Below, piece by piece: positions 60,805-64,000 of a stretch of DNA of 64,000 nucleotides. How positions within the stretch are numbered: position 1 is the stretch's first letter; the number at the start of each line of letters is the position of its first letter. Under the pieces are notes generated by a model, which was given only the letters and a program-made list of their open reading frames with translations, did not search any database and was not told the DNA's origin. The stretch spans positions 9,672,001-9,736,000 of the forward strand of contig CM060731.1 of NCBI GenBank assembly GCA_030704615.1. The letters are read 5' to 3'. The stretch is from Takakia lepidozioides (lineage: Eukaryota; Plantae; Bryophyta). A program made the translations under genes and the position numbers.

Positions 60805-63205
60805 TTCTTGTAGTGAAAGAGAGTAACATCACTAAGACAATAATCAGAACAGACAAGGATCCTTACCTTACAAACTAGGGGTTTAAAAATAATAATAATA
60901 ATAATAATAACAACAAATAGGGATAGTAGTCTCAGAACTTTATAGATTGTGGACATAAATCGTCCGAGATTACACAGAGGAAAAAATAACTTCTTACAAG
61001 AGTGCCATGAAGGCTGATAGAGGAAGGCCCTGCTTCGTGACCACACATACAAAAGGAAGAGGGAGAAAGAGTGGAGTCTGCCTATCTAAAAGCAGAGAAG
61101 AGCATTGCATTGCATTTTAAACATTGCATGACTCCTCAACACTCCTAGTAATAGAACAATCCATTTGGCATATCGTATCACTTCGATACCTCCCAGTGCA
61201 AATTCCCACTATATGTTTGTCTCCATTTTCACTTCCCTGCATCTCCCCTGCTTTTTCTACACAAAAACTGTTGCGGATACTACAAGATGATCTGCGAGCA
61301 ATGTACTTAGAACACACTCACTAGTGACTAGTGGACAGCCGTACAGAGAAATACAATCTCTCCGGTCATAGTCTTCACAAGTATCTGCATCTTGTCTCCA
61401 ACTTACAGACTCCAACCCCAATCTGAGAGAAACACCCTTGAGCGTAAACACTAGCAGAGAAAGCTATGAGAGCATACAGAGATTTTCTCCAATTCAACTT
61501 TGATGATGTCAGAATGCAACTCTTATGCCATCACCACATAGTGCTTGACCTTTGAAGCATGGTAGCTAGCATAGCTTTCACCCACGGAGGGTTGCGACCC
61601 AAAGGTCGTCCTTTTTGAGTTTATCTCTGAAGTCTGGTGATCTGGGACTTCTCTGTAGAAACAACAAGTGGAAGCTAGTAGTAGCCATAGCTTCAACTAT
61701 AGCCTCACACAAACCAAGCTACAACCAGGAAAGCTCCAAGCATCTTTCAAATAACAAGGAAAACCTTGAGCGACCCACTTTCATTGCTTGCAGCAAGGAA
61801 GAACAACCACCCCACTGCAACAGTAGGAACCTTGCTTTTTCTGCTTTTCTGAAAAAGAGCAACAATGTCCTCATTTTAATGAACTGGAAACAATCCTATC
61901 AATCATGCCAGTTTCAGTGGTGATAAGCCTTCACTCGACAATGAAGATAGCCTGACCATTCACATTTATTGTCCCGCCACACTCACACAACTCATGCCAG
62001 AGCGGATCCCTGCTCGTGTTTTCACCTCCTAACAATAGCCTGAACTTACCACATTTGATGTCACACCTGTGGAAGATCAGTGCAGAGCTCCTGCAAAGCT
62101 AATCTTTGCTCATTGTTTTGTCTCCATGCAAACACTACCTTATAGAATGCACTCATAAGACGTTGTTTGCCTCAGCCTTGTGGCCATTGACCCGCGCTCA
62201 GTTTGGGCGGAACACAAAGGGACAGAAACTACCTTTGTCAGGGGCTGACGCCGGTAGTATGACTTACCTTGGAACAAACAATTAATCCAAGTTTTCCAGA
62301 TATCCTCTAGAAATCCCTTCACACAAGCATCAATCTGTTGTCTGTGGTTGGCCCAGTAACTAGGGCCTGGGCTTTTGGCTCATCCTGGAGACTTTCAAAG
62401 TTGGTAAACAGACATTCAGGCACAATTCCCTTGATGGATTTGAAGAGGGGCTCTCGTGAGAGAGTACCCAGGACAATGAATCAAACACAACCTTATAGAC
62501 ATAGATCTTGAGTACGTATATCTGAGGTTTACTGCAGAAGTACTAACACGGGTTTTCCGAAAAAACTCTTTGAATAGTATTTGGTTGGGGGTGGGGCTCG
62601 TTGTTGGAGACCCAAGTAAGTATTTGATTCCATCCTTCTTTGTGTTTTCTTTTGTCCCATAAGGTGTCTGAGCTTTCCAAGGAAGTTGTGATGTTCTTTC
62701 TATTGTTTTTCATTCTCTACTGTTTTGATCTTCAGCCACCCATTGGAGTTTCTGTGCATTTTGCTGACTTACAAGGTTCCATGCCCTGGAGGGTAGAAAC
62801 CCACAACTGGCTGGACAGCTATGGTATGTGATAACCAGCGTTCGCCGAGAGCCGTCAATGAGGACATCCCTCACTGCCATTGTCCATCCCTCAGTGTGAC
62901 TGGGAATTATTGCCCTACACTATACAGAGGGACAACAGGACTGTTTCATATCTGTGGTAACCGCCCCTCCACATTGAGGGGTGCACTCAAAATGCTTGCA
63001 CCTCCCGCAGACAATTAGTTTCCTTCCAATGATCTTATCAGCCCCAGAGGAGACGAAACTCTCCCAAGAATCCACAGCTCTTTTGCCTTCACTGTTGCAT
63101 CACCTAAGCAAGAGGGAAGGTCTTGGAGCAATTGGATAAAAGTATGGGACAACCTCTTTCACAGCCTGGACATAGTCTGAATTGACCTCTTCAATCTGGA
63201 AATTT

Positions 63206-63400
63206 CTATGCATCCACTTTTGAATTGAATGTTTCACAGATATCTCGGTGTTGGGGATACACCTTTGGATCTAAGTCAGTGGTCAGTATCAATATCGGTT
63301 CTATCAACCAACACTTAACACACTGAGGAAACAAATCCTTATCCGCTATGATATAATCCACAATGGACCATTTCCCAATTTGGACTTTTTCACGATCCAT
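63206..63400 (-). pseudogene. Possible LINE endonuclease remnant
   Basis: GKWSIVDYIIADKDLF resembles the S.IDYI motif; the surrounding sequence is too decayed to extend the call. Confidence 0.3.
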
Positions 63401-64000
63401 TGCAAAGGGTCTTCTTTAGACCTATTGTTCAAGGTCCAAAACTGAAGTTCTTCCTGGCAATCAAAGAACCTCTTGCCGTTGGATTTTTGCTTATCCTTGC
63501 CAAAAAGCCCAATGACATCGTCTTGTTGTAGACCCTTATACCAAGTCTCGAGATAGTGCCATCACATAATCCAAGCCTAAACTTGAGCCAAGTAATTTTA
63601 AATGACAAGTTGTCCATCCTGGGATTCACCCCAAAAACTACACATGAAGTTCTAGGTTTGGCATAAGTGACCAGTCCCAGGAATCACCCCGGGGATTATG
63701 AACCTTTTCAAGAGTTTTTCATTTTTTGCAGGCAATAGATTTAAGCAAAATGGCATACCCTAGCCCAAGTGCCGAGCATGCAAGACACATCATGCAGCTG
63801 CCACTTTGAGCAGAGGGGCCACTGCGGTAGGGGTCCACTTGATAACATTCAAAGATCATCACTCCATAGGAGCAGCAGGGAACGGCCTGCGTAGACATAT
63901 TCGTAGACATAATCTAAAGAGGGAGAGGTCCCTTCTGTCCAACTAACGCCAATGTACTAACTTACCCGAAGCAGAATGCTTCAAGTCAAAACAAACATAG

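Overview
Repeat-rich eukaryotic DNA from a land plant, probably a non-seed plant. This is inferred from the PPR fragments, plastid-type BCCP, TCHQD-class GST and a Tcn1-like chromovirus. There is one 500-N gap. Host genes are a 3-exon TCHQD-class glutathione transferase (12194-14584) and three intact, intronless copies of an unusual chimeric gene (16837-17583, 30050-30796, 48060-48809, all minus strand). The chimera joins a small plant 'PYHKNCGCAIH' Cys/His module to a biotin carboxyl carrier protein (BCCP) C-terminus whose EAMKL motif has become (D/E)TLKL. The three copies sit in a locally triplicated segment interrupted by nested transposons. These are a TA-flanked MITE containing a Helitron containing a solo LTR; a PIF/Harbinger carrying captured RFC and PPR fragments plus a nested gene-capturing CACTA; a truncated CACTA with a solo LTR; and Copia, LINE and SINE remnants. 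A decayed Crypton-like tyrosine-recombinase element (about 53.56-57.58 kb) and a Helitron-derived satellite (58.4-60.8 kb) follow. Family assignments come from motif recognition by eye; no searches were run.
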